Assembly: GCA_019320095.1 (NCBI GenBank)
Contig: DWXG01000004.1
Location: 11,678 to 75,677 of the forward strand
Source: Candidatus Acutalibacter pullicola
GTDB taxonomy: Bacteria; Bacillota; Clostridia; Oscillospirales; Acutalibacteraceae
Reading direction: 5' to 3'
Length of the DNA: 64,000 bases
In this document: positions 9,808 through 18,101 of the stretch, piece after piece
Numbering within the stretch: the first letter of the stretch is position 1
How the letters are laid out: each line of letters starts with the position of its first letter
Notes under the pieces: model-generated
What the model saw: only the letters and a program-made list of their open reading frames with translations
The model's database searches: none
Told to the model about the DNA's origin: nothing
Translations under genes and position numbers: made by a program

Positions 9808-10782
9808 ATGGAAAAGCTCATCGTCTCCTCTTCCCCTCACTTGCAGGGCGGGAAGACCACACAAACCATTATGCTGGATGTGATCATCGCCCTGACTCCG
9901 GCTATGATCGCCTCTGTGATCTTGTTCGGGCCCCGGGCAGCGGTGGTAATTCTCACCTGCGTGGCCACCTGTATCCTCAGTGAATACCTGTGCCGCAAGG
10001 CCATGAAGCGCCCCCAAACCGTAGGGGATTTAAGCTGCGTGGTCACCGGCATTTTGCTGGCGCTGAACCTGCCTGTAACCATCAGCCCCTTCATCGCCGT
10101 CTTCGGCGGCGTGGTGGCCATTGTGGTGGTCAAGCAGATGTTCGGCGGCATTGGGCAGAATTTTGTAAACCCCGCCCTGACCGCCCGGATCATCCTGCTG
10201 AACTCCTTCCCCTCTCGGATGACCCACTGGGTGCAGCCCTTTGACTACACCGCCACGGCCGACGCCATCACCACCGCCACCCCTTTGGGCATTCTAAAGG
10301 AGGGCACGGGAGAGGCATTGCCCTCCTACATAGACCTGTTTTTGGGCAACAACGCCGGCTGCTTAGGCGAGACCTGCGCCCTGGCCATTCTGCTGGGAGG
10401 CATCTATCTGATCGCCCGGCGGGTGATCTCCCCGGTGATCCCCGTGACCTATTTGGCCACGGCGGCGGTGTTCTCCGCCCTGTTCGGCCGTGACCCCCTG
10501 TTTGACCTGCTCTCCGGCGGCCTGCTGCTGGGGGCCTTCTTCATGGCTACAGATTACACCACCAGCCCCCTGTATTTCTGGGGCCGGGTGCTCTTCGCCA
10601 TCGGCTGCGGCGCTTTGACCATGGTCATCCGGGAGTTCGGCTCCCTGCCGGAGGGCGTTTCCTACTCCATCATCTTGATGAACATCCTCACCCCGCTGAT
10701 TGAGCGGGCTGTCAAACCCCGTCCCTTTGGGGCTCTGCGGCAGCGGCGTGCCAGAAAGGGGGCGGCCCAGGATGAAACTTGA
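9808..10782 (+). CDS. rnfD: Rnf complex subunit D
   Basis: SSSPH, KQMFGGIGQNFVNPA, DAITTATPL (FMN attachment), FFMATDYTTSP. Confidence 0.95.
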   Translation: MEKLIVSSSPHLQGGKTTQTIMLDVIIALTPAMIASVILFGPRAAVVILTCVATCILSEYLCRKAMKRPQTVGDLSCVVTGILLALNLPVTISPFIAVFGGVVAIVVVKQMFGGIGQNFVNPALTARIILLNSFPSRMTHWVQPFDYTATADAITTATPLGILKEGTGEALPSYIDLFLGNNAGCLGETCALAILLGGIYLIARRVISPVIPVTYLATAAVFSALFGRDPLFDLLSGGLLLGAFFMATDYTTSPLYFWGRVLFAIGCGALTMVIREFGSLPEGVSYSIILMNILTPLIERAVKPRPFGALRQRRARKGAAQDET

Positions 10783-11326
10783 CTTTCGGGAAATCCTCAA
10801 ACCCACCGCGGTGTTGTTTATCATCTGCGTGGTGGTCTCCGCCGCTTTGGCCGGCACCAACTTGCTCACCGAGGACCGCATCGCCCAGCAGGCGCTGCAG
10901 ACTGCAGAGGAATCCCGCAAGGTGGTTCTTCCCGCTGCAGACACCTTTGAAAGCCAGGAGGGCGGCGCCTACTACACCGGCTCTGCCGGAGGCGAGACCG
11001 TGGGCTACGTGTTTGAGACCGGCGCCAGCGGCTACGGCGGCACAGTGTCCGTCATGACCGGCATCGACGTGGAGGGCACCATCACCGGTGTGGTAATCCT
11101 CTCCCACGACGAGACTCCGGGCCTGGGCGCCAACGCGGAAAAGCCCGACTTCTTAAACCAGTATCTCCAGCCGGCCCCCGAAGGCGGCCTCTCAGTGATC
11201 AAATACCAAACCCCGGGCGAGGGACAGATTGAAGCCATGACCGGGGCCACCATCACCTCTTCGGCGGTGACCGATGCGGTCAACCAAGCCATTGCCCAAT
11301 TCTATGCTGTGAAAGGAGGCGCGTAA
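10772..11326 (+). CDS. rnfG: Rnf complex subunit G
   Basis: N-terminal TM helix, GYGG, HDETPGLG, TGATITS FMN-binding motif. Confidence 0.93.
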   Translation: MKLDFREILKPTAVLFIICVVVSAALAGTNLLTEDRIAQQALQTAEESRKVVLPAADTFESQEGGAYYTGSAGGETVGYVFETGASGYGGTVSVMTGIDVEGTITGVVILSHDETPGLGANAEKPDFLNQYLQPAPEGGLSVIKYQTPGEGQIEAMTGATITSSAVTDAVNQAIAQFYAVKGGA

Positions 11327-11328
11327 CC

Positions 11329-12027
11329 GTGGAAAAGAAGAAGAACGGCCTGCTGCATGAATTTACCAAGGGCATCGTCAAGGAAAACCCGGTGCTGCGG
11401 CTGGTGCTGGGCTGCTGCGCCACCTTGGCGGTGACCACCGCGGCCTCCAACGCCATCGGCATGGGCGCCGCCACCACCTTTGTGCTGGTGTGCTCCAACG
11501 GGGTGATCTCCCTTTTGCGGAAGGTGATCCCCGACAAAGTGCGCATCCCCGCCTTCATCACCATTGTGGCTGGGTTTGTGACCATTGTGCAGCTGTTCAT
11601 TCAGGCTTTCTCCCCCGCCTTGGACGACGCTTTGGGGGTGTTCCTGCCCCTGATCGTGGTCAACTGCATCATTCTGGGCCGGGCGGAGATGTTCGCCAGC
11701 AAAAACAAGGTGCTCCCCTCCCTGTTGGATGGTCTGGGCATGGGCGTGGGCTTTACCGCCACGTTGCTGGCCATGGGCATTATCCGAGAGCTGCTGGGCG
11801 CCGGCACGGTGTTTGGCATTCCCATTCTCTCCCACTTTATGGAGCCCATTATCATCTTCCTGCTGCCTCCCGGCGGATTCTTCGTGTTCGGCATGCTGGT
11901 GGCTTTGGCGGGCAAGCTCTCCGCAGAGGGCAAGGCCCCGGAATCCACAGGCTGCGCCCACTGTCCTCTGGCGGCTTCCTGCTCCAAGCTCAGTGAGAAA
12001 GACAACGGAAAGGAGGCGGCTCGCTGA
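11329..12027 (+). CDS. rnfE: Rnf complex subunit E
   Basis: ENPVLRLVLGCC, VRIP, PLIVVNCIILGRAE, LPPGGF. Confidence 0.93.
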   Translation: MEKKKNGLLHEFTKGIVKENPVLRLVLGCCATLAVTTAASNAIGMGAATTFVLVCSNGVISLLRKVIPDKVRIPAFITIVAGFVTIVQLFIQAFSPALDDALGVFLPLIVVNCIILGRAEMFASKNKVLPSLLDGLGMGVGFTATLLAMGIIRELLGAGTVFGIPILSHFMEPIIIFLLPPGGFFVFGMLVALAGKLSAEGKAPESTGCAHCPLAASCSKLSEKDNGKEAAR

Positions 12028-12644
12028 TGGATGCACAAACCATTAAATCCCTGGTGGCCATCTTCCTGGCGGCCATCCTGACGGAAAACTACATCCTCAA
12101 TAAATTTCTGGGCATCTGTCCCTTCCTGGGGGTCTCCAAGAAATTGGACACCGCTGTGGGCATGAGCTGCGCCGTCACCGTGGTGATGGTCATCTCCACC
12201 GCCGTAACCTGGCCCCTGTACACCTACCTGCTGGTGCCCAACGGCTTGGGCTATTTGCAGACCATTGTGTTCATCCTGGTGATCGCCGCTTTGGTGCAGC
12301 TGCTGGAAACGGCCCTGCGCAAATACATGCCCCCTCTGTACAACGCCTTGGGCATCTATCTGCCCCTGATCACCACCAACTGCGCCGTGCTGGGCGTGAC
12401 CATGCTGGTGCTGGAAAAGGGCGCGGAGGATCCCTCCTTTGGCTATCTCCAATCCCTGGTAAACGCCTTCGGCTCCGGCGTGGGCTTTTTGGTGGCTATG
12501 GTGCTGTTCGCCGGCGTGCGGGAGCGCCTGGAAAACTGCGACATTCCCGAGACCTTCAAAGGCCTGCCCATCACGTTGGTAGCCGCCAGCCTGGTGGCTG
12601 TGAGCTTTTTGGGCTTTAACGGCGTGGTCGACAATCTGCTGTAA
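12027..12644 (+). CDS. rnfA: Rnf complex subunit A
   Basis: FLGICPFLGVS, LPLITTNCAVLG. Confidence 0.95.
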   Translation: MDAQTIKSLVAIFLAAILTENYILNKFLGICPFLGVSKKLDTAVGMSCAVTVVMVISTAVTWPLYTYLLVPNGLGYLQTIVFILVIAALVQLLETALRKYMPPLYNALGIYLPLITTNCAVLGVTMLVLEKGAEDPSFGYLQSLVNAFGSGVGFLVAMVLFAGVRERLENCDIPETFKGLPITLVAASLVAVSFLGFNGVVDNLL

Positions 12645-12659
12645 AGGGAGGACGCAACT

Positions 12660-13445
12660 ATGGAAATACTCACTCCCATTTTGATTGTGGGCATCATCGG
12701 CCTGCTGGCCGGTGTGATTTTGGCGGTGGCCTCCATCGTCATGGCCGTGCCCAAAGACGAAAAAGCCGAGGCCTTAGAGGAAGTCCTGCCTGGGGCCAAC
12801 TGCGGCGCCTGCGGCTTTTCCGGCTGCCCGGGCTATGCGGCGGCCATGGCCAAGGGCGAGGCCCAGCCGGGCCTTTGCTCCCCCGGCGGGGCAGAAGTGG
12901 CCCGGAGGTGCGGGGAAATTTTAGGCGCCGGCGACGTGCAAGTGGAAGCCAAAACTGCCCTGGTTCACTGCCTGGGCAGCTACGACAACACCACGGACAA
13001 AATGCTCTACGACGGCTTGCAAAGCTGCGCGGCTGCGGCTCAGCTCATGGGGGGGATTACCTCCTGCCGGTACGGCTGCATGGGGTTGGGAGACTGCCAG
13101 CAGGCCTGCGAATATGGAGCCATTCAAATCTGCAACGGCCTGGCCCAAGTGGACCCGGAGCAATGCAGAGGCTGTTCCAAATGCGTGGCCGCCTGCCCCA
13201 AGGGGATCCTCTCCCTGGTGCCCCGGAGAAAGCAGGCCGTGGTGCGGTGCTCCAACTGCGATAAGGCCAAGGACACCATGGCTGTGTGCAAAATTGGCTG
13301 CATCGGCTGCGGCAAGTGCGTGCGCACCTGCCCCTGCGGCGCTGTCACCGTGGAAAACGGCGTGGCCAAAGTGGACCCCCAGAAATGCACCGCCTGCGGG
13401 CAGTGTGTGGAGGCCTGCCCCCGGCATGTGATTACCCTGCTGTAA
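12660..13445 (+). CDS. rnfB: Rnf complex subunit B (polyferredoxin)
   Basis: LPGANCGACGFSGC plus several CxxCxxCxxxCP motifs. Confidence 0.93.
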   Translation: MEILTPILIVGIIGLLAGVILAVASIVMAVPKDEKAEALEEVLPGANCGACGFSGCPGYAAAMAKGEAQPGLCSPGGAEVARRCGEILGAGDVQVEAKTALVHCLGSYDNTTDKMLYDGLQSCAAAAQLMGGITSCRYGCMGLGDCQQACEYGAIQICNGLAQVDPEQCRGCSKCVAACPKGILSLVPRRKQAVVRCSNCDKAKDTMAVCKIGCIGCGKCVRTCPCGAVTVENGVAKVDPQKCTACGQCVEACPRHVITLL

Positions 13446-13462
13446 AAAACGAAGCCAAAAGG

Positions 13463-13494
13463 AAAGGACCGTCCAAAAGGGCGGTCCTTTTTCT
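13463..13494. terminator. bidirectional intrinsic terminator between rnfB and MATE
   Basis: AAAGGACCGTCC-AAAA-GGGCGGTCCTTT between convergent genes. Confidence 0.8.
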
Positions 13495-13525
13495 ATCCCG
13501 ATCGGGACACCGGGGCCTTCGCGCT

Positions 13526-14908
13526 TTATTCCTGCACTTGGGAAGGGGAATGAGGCTTCACAGAGCGCTCCTGCAGAATCTTCTTCATGGTGAGGCAGTA
13601 CACCACAATGGTCATCGCCGGGCCCAGAATGTCGGACAGGGGTTCGGCGTAAAAGGCGGCCCGGGCTCCGAAAGCGGCGGGCAAAGCAAAAATGGCTACA
13701 AAGTACACCAGCTTCCTCCAGAAGGATAAAGGCAAACTCAAGCGCACCTGGCCGATGCCTGTAAAGCCGTCCACCAGCTCGTACTGCACCCCCAGGGGGA
13801 CGATGGCCAAGGTACAGACCTTGATGGCGTCATAGGCCTCTCCGGCCAAGGTGGGATCTTGGGTAAACAGCCCCACAAACAAGGGCCCTGCCAGCCGGGC
13901 CAAAACAAAGAGAAGCGCCGTATACCCCACGCACAGGCCCACAATGTACTTCTGAGCCTGGCGCACCCGGTCCACCTGGCGGGCGCCGTAGTTGTAGCCC
14001 AAAATTCCCTGGGTTCCCCCGCTGATGCCTCCCAAAGGCATGGTGACCACCAGCATGAAACTCTGCACAATGGTGTTGCAGGTGACCAGCATGTCCCCCT
14101 CAGCGCCGCCGGTGCGCTGCAAGATGGCGTTCATGGCGATAATCATCACGTTGTCCACCGCCACAATGAGAAAGGGGGTAAACCCCATGACCAGCACCCG
14201 GCCCATCACCCGCAGGTCATAGCCTCCAAATGTAATGGGCACCAGTACCCGTTTGCCAAACAGGAAGGCAATCACAAAGGCGGCGCTGGCGGCCTGGGAG
14301 AGCACCGTGGCGATGGCCGCTCCCCGCACACCCATATCCAGAACGAAGATAAACACCGGATCCAGGGCGATGTTTAGGGCCGCGCCCAGCATCACAGAGG
14401 CCATGCCGATCTTGGCAAACCCCTGGCAGATGATGAACTGGTTTAGGCCGCTGGCGGCCAAAGCGAAGAAAGTGCCCCACAGATAGGCGGTGAAGTACTC
14501 CTCCGCGTAGGGATAGGTGGCGTCACTGGCGCCAAACAGCCGCAGCATGGGCTCCCGAAAGGGCAAAATGCCCCCTATAAGCAGCACGGAAAAAACTGCA
14601 AGCAGCAAAAAGCAGTTGGCCAGCACTTTCTTGGCGGCTTTCAGATCCCCCTCGCCCATGCGGATGCTCACTAAGGGCGCGCCCCCTACGCCCACCAAAA
14701 CCGCTACCGAACCCACCATGGTCACCACAGGGCCGCACACGCCCACTCCAGCTAAGGCCACGTCCCCCACCTGGGGGATGTTTCCAATGTAGATCCGGTC
14801 CACAATGCTGTACAGCACGCTGACAAACTGCCCCAGCATGCTGGGAATGGCAATGCGCCACACCAGAGAGCGCACCTTATCCCTGCCCAAATCATTTTCT
14901 GCTGCCAT
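13526..14908 (-). CDS. MATE family efflux transporter
   Basis: LYSIVDRIYIG, NIALDPVFIF...GVRGAAIAT, GYNYGA. Confidence 0.92.
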   Translation of the reverse strand: MAAENDLGRDKVRSLVWRIAIPSMLGQFVSVLYSIVDRIYIGNIPQVGDVALAGVGVCGPVVTMVGSVAVLVGVGGAPLVSIRMGEGDLKAAKKVLANCFLLLAVFSVLLIGGILPFREPMLRLFGASDATYPYAEEYFTAYLWGTFFALAASGLNQFIICQGFAKIGMASVMLGAALNIALDPVFIFVLDMGVRGAAIATVLSQAASAAFVIAFLFGKRVLVPITFGGYDLRVMGRVLVMGFTPFLIVAVDNVMIIAMNAILQRTGGAEGDMLVTCNTIVQSFMLVVTMPLGGISGGTQGILGYNYGARQVDRVRQAQKYIVGLCVGYTALLFVLARLAGPLFVGLFTQDPTLAGEAYDAIKVCTLAIVPLGVQYELVDGFTGIGQVRLSLPLSFWRKLVYFVAIFALPAAFGARAAFYAEPLSDILGPAMTIVVYCLTMKKILQERSVKPHSPSQVQE

Positions 14909-15125
14909 TCTGTCCCACCCTTTTCACAAGTTTCCCTGGCAAAAAGCCTTTCCTATCTTACTCCTTTTTCCCGTCCCTGGGAAGGGGGAACTGGGAAACT
15001 TTTTCCAGAATTTCTTCTTCGGGAGACAGTTCTCCCCACTGCCGGCCTGCGAAAGGTTTGCGCAGCCTCAGAAGGAGCGTGCCCCTTTGGCTGCACCAAG
15101 ATCTTCCTCCGCCTTGCTGCCAGCA

Positions 15126-15163
15126 AAAAGGGACTGCGGCGCTTTCCCGCGCAGCAGTCCCCT
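15126..15163 (-). terminator. intrinsic terminator after the UroD-like gene
   Basis: GGGACTGC...GCAGTCCC stem followed by TTTTT on the minus strand. Confidence 0.6.
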
Positions 15164-15179
15164 GGTTTGCCTATGTTGT

Positions 15180-16139
15180 TTACAGGGCCCGCAAGGCCTC
15201 CATCACCCACCGGATCCGCTGGGTGGGGATCTCCGTGGGCAGCGTGCAGTCCGCTCCCAAAATAAAGCCCTGGGTGCCGGCGGTCTCCACCACCTGGGCT
15301 ACAGCCGCAGCCAGCTCCTCCTGCGTGCCTTCCACCAGGGGGCCGGAGCGGTTGGCAAGACCGCCCATCAAGGTTTTGCCGGGGAACAGCTTCTTGCCCT
15401 CTTCCAGAGAATAGGGCACCTCGTAGACGCCCCAGTTCACCACGTCGCAGTAGTCCCCGTAAGAGCGGTAGCGCTCCATGTTCAGGCCGTCCTTGCAGAT
15501 GTGCAGGAACACATGGCACCCCGCCTTTTGGATCTCCGAAAGAATCAGCTTGTCCAAGGGGGCAATCCACCGGTCGAACTCCTCATCGGTAAACCAGCGG
15601 GTTTCCGCCCCCAAAGCGGCGTAATATACGCCGTCCACGCCGGCCTCCTTATAGCCCCAAGCCAGTTGGCACATGCCATCGGCAATGCGCTTCATAGCGT
15701 CCAGCACCGGGGCGCTGTTGGCCCGCAGATGCTCGGTCAGCAAGGTGCGCACCGGGTCGTAGCCGTAGTCCGCCTCAATGGGGTGGATGGCCGAAGCCGT
15801 AATGCCGTGGAGCGTGCCCAAAGAATAGGCGTCCGGATCGCACCGGTCCAAAATTTTCTTGGTGAACTCCAGCTGCTTCTGGATAAAAGGGGTCTCCCGG
15901 GTGATGGGGCCAATGCAGGCCCAATCCTCCGGCGTCCGGATAGCGCCCTGGTTCGGCACCAGGTTTTCGTTCATGATTTTCACAAGGTCCGTGTCCGTCT
16001 CCTGGAAAAACGTCAGATGGGCCTGCACCCCAGCCTCGCCGGAATTTTTGTCCTTGGGGAAATGCAGGGAAAACCCTGCGGGCACACAGTCCACCGGCTT
16101 CCCTTGCAGGGCAGCCAACACACGTTCTCTCTTTGTCAT
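15180..16139 (-). CDS. UroD/MtaA-CmuA superfamily protein
   Basis: MTKRERVLAAL..KPVD, LHIC and GFILGADC (HxC...C Zn-site pattern). Confidence 0.8.
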   Translation of the reverse strand: MTKRERVLAALQGKPVDCVPAGFSLHFPKDKNSGEAGVQAHLTFFQETDTDLVKIMNENLVPNQGAIRTPEDWACIGPITRETPFIQKQLEFTKKILDRCDPDAYSLGTLHGITASAIHPIEADYGYDPVRTLLTEHLRANSAPVLDAMKRIADGMCQLAWGYKEAGVDGVYYAALGAETRWFTDEEFDRWIAPLDKLILSEIQKAGCHVFLHICKDGLNMERYRSYGDYCDVVNWGVYEVPYSLEEGKKLFPGKTLMGGLANRSGPLVEGTQEELAAAVAQVVETAGTQGFILGADCTLPTEIPTQRIRWVMEALRAL

Positions 16140-16176
16140 GGATCTCTTCTCCTTCCCAAAAATAAAGATAGTTTTG

Positions 16177-17001
16177 TCATCTGGACAGCTGCTCTTGCAG
16201 CCACTCCGTCGATTGGGACAGATATTCCCAAGCAGAAACCGCCCCGTAATGCTCCAGGGTGTACACCCCGTCGTACCCGTCCCGCAGCAGCTGGGCCACC
16301 AGCTCCTCCAAGCCCAGGGCGCCGCCGCCTACAGGGGCGGGGTACAGCAACGTGCCGTCCAGGGCTTCCCGGGGCTCTTCTCCCCGGCGGGACTCCAAGG
16401 CCCGGTCCTTTAAATGCACGTGGGCAATCCGGTCCCGCAACTGGGGATAGGCCTGGCGCCAATCCTCTCCGGCAAAGAGGAAATTGCCCGCGTCAAAGGC
16501 GCAGGAGAGCTTGGGACACCCCTGCAAAAACCGGAGCAGCCCCGCCGTGTTGGAAAAGGGGGCCAGGGGACTGTCGTAGTCCTCCATGACCAGGGAGACG
16601 CCGTAGCTCTCCCCCAGCTCCCCCAGACGGTTGACCCCCTCCACCATGCGCTGGGTCTGCTCCTCCCGCTGCTGGGGGGAGTCCTCCGGGTCAAAAAAGC
16701 CGGGAATCACCAGCAGCCTATCCACCCCCAGAAACTGGGCGGCCTCCAAAATGGGAGCTACTTGGCGCTGCACATCCGGGTCCCGGCCAAAGTCGAAATA
16801 GGCGGGAATACTGGCAATGTCCAAATCCAGCATGGCAAGCTCCTGGCCTACCTCGTCCTCCCGGCCCAACACATTGTTGGCGGAGACTTCCAGGGCCTCC
16901 ACCCCCTTGTCCTTGGCCAGCTGAAGGGCCTCCATGAAGGAAATCTGCTCCTGCCGGGAAATGTCCCGGATATGGTCGTAAAAGGTGGCAATTTTTGCCA
17001 A
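16177..17001 (-). CDS. sugar phosphate isomerase/epimerase (xylose-isomerase-like TIM barrel)
   Basis: LVMED, FDAGN, HVHLKD, GYDG...LEH metal ligands. Confidence 0.8.
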   Translation of the reverse strand: MAKIATFYDHIRDISRQEQISFMEALQLAKDKGVEALEVSANNVLGREDEVGQELAMLDLDIASIPAYFDFGRDPDVQRQVAPILEAAQFLGVDRLLVIPGFFDPEDSPQQREEQTQRMVEGVNRLGELGESYGVSLVMEDYDSPLAPFSNTAGLLRFLQGCPKLSCAFDAGNFLFAGEDWRQAYPQLRDRIAHVHLKDRALESRRGEEPREALDGTLLYPAPVGGGALGLEELVAQLLRDGYDGVYTLEHYGAVSAWEYLSQSTEWLQEQLSR

Positions 17002-17016
17002 AATACATCCTCTCCT

Positions 17017-17790
17017 TTACTGGGAAATGCGGGCCAGCCGGCGGCCGGTTTCCACGGCGGCGGCAAGGCACTCCTCTGTGACGGAAGCGCCTTTTTGGTG
17101 GAGCACCCCGTTGTCCCACACGGGGCCGTCCAGATTGTCCGTGGTGTAGAAGAACTGGGCAAACCGCAGCCCCCGGAACTGAGCCACTGCCGCCAGAGCA
17201 GCGCACTCCATCTCCACGCTGATGCACCCCTGGGCTTTCCGGCGCTCCATTTTGCCCCGGGTCTCCCGGTAGAAGGCGTCGGTGGTCCAGGTTTTTCCCT
17301 GGGTGAAGGGCAGGCCCAGGGATTCCAAAGCGCCCCGGCAAGCTTCCACACAGGCGGGGTCCAGTGCAACCTCCTCCGCCGGGGGCAGATAGTGGTAGGA
17401 GAGCCCCTCGTCCCGCACCGCCGCCGTGGGCAGAATGAAGCTGTTGAGGGGGATGTTCCGGTCCAGCACGCCGGCAGCGCCGAAGAACACAAAGTATTTC
17501 CCACCCAGGGGCCAGACCTCCTCGATAAAGCTGACGGCCGCAGGGGCGCCCACGTGAGGCATGCCCAAAACCACCGGGGTGCCTTCCATAACCACCCGGT
17601 ACAGGGGTACAGGGCCGGTGCAGAAGAGCACGTGGGCAATCTGCTCTCCGCCGTAGCGCTCCAGGCACTTTTCCACAATGTGGGAGGAAAAAGCCAGTAT
17701 GCAAATCTCCGGGAAACCGGGAATGGGCGAAAGATGTTCTTCCGGGTTGATCAAGGCTTTTCGATCGGGGTCAAACTCGTTGCAGAGCAT
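17017..17790 (-). CDS. nucleoside phosphorylase (PNP/UDP family)
   Basis: GAPAA, AVRDEGLSYHY, WTTDAFYRET, VEMECAA. Confidence 0.88.
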   Translation of the reverse strand: MLCNEFDPDRKALINPEEHLSPIPGFPEICILAFSSHIVEKCLERYGGEQIAHVLFCTGPVPLYRVVMEGTPVVLGMPHVGAPAAVSFIEEVWPLGGKYFVFFGAAGVLDRNIPLNSFILPTAAVRDEGLSYHYLPPAEEVALDPACVEACRGALESLGLPFTQGKTWTTDAFYRETRGKMERRKAQGCISVEMECAALAAVAQFRGLRFAQFFYTTDNLDGPVWDNGVLHQKGASVTEECLAAAVETGRRLARISQ

Positions 17791-17822
17791 GGGGCAAACC
17801 TCCTTTTGCTAAAATTGTGCCC

Positions 17823-17851
17823 ATTATAGTACAGAGGCTGGCCCGTGTCAA
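17823..17851 (-). promoter_or_regulatory. consensus sigmaA promoter for the nucleoside phosphorylase operon
   Basis: TTGACA-17-TATAAT, an exact match. Confidence 0.8.
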
Positions 17852-17890
17852 GCGGGGGAGTGGACGGGGGAGGCCGGCGGCCCCGAAACC

Positions 17891-18013
17891 CACGGCTGCC
17901 GCGCCGAACGTCCTCATTCGCCTGAGGGCGACAGTTTTCCTTCGGGAGGGAGACTAAGCGCTCGCTTCCCTCACCCAGGGAGGGTACATGGCGGCAGCCG
18001 TGACGGAGAGGGG
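17891..18013. repeat. palindromic REP/MITE-like intergenic element
   Basis: perfect 12-bp inverted repeat CACGGCTGCCGC (17891-17902) / GCGGCAGCCGTG (17991-18002) enclosing smaller hairpins. Confidence 0.45.
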
Positions 18014-18101
18014 CAGAAATCAGCCCCACCGGCCGCTGGTTCCCGTTTGCTGAGGCCTATGGGAGGGCGAGCGCAAGGAGCCTCCAAAACTTCCGCCTCT
18101 C

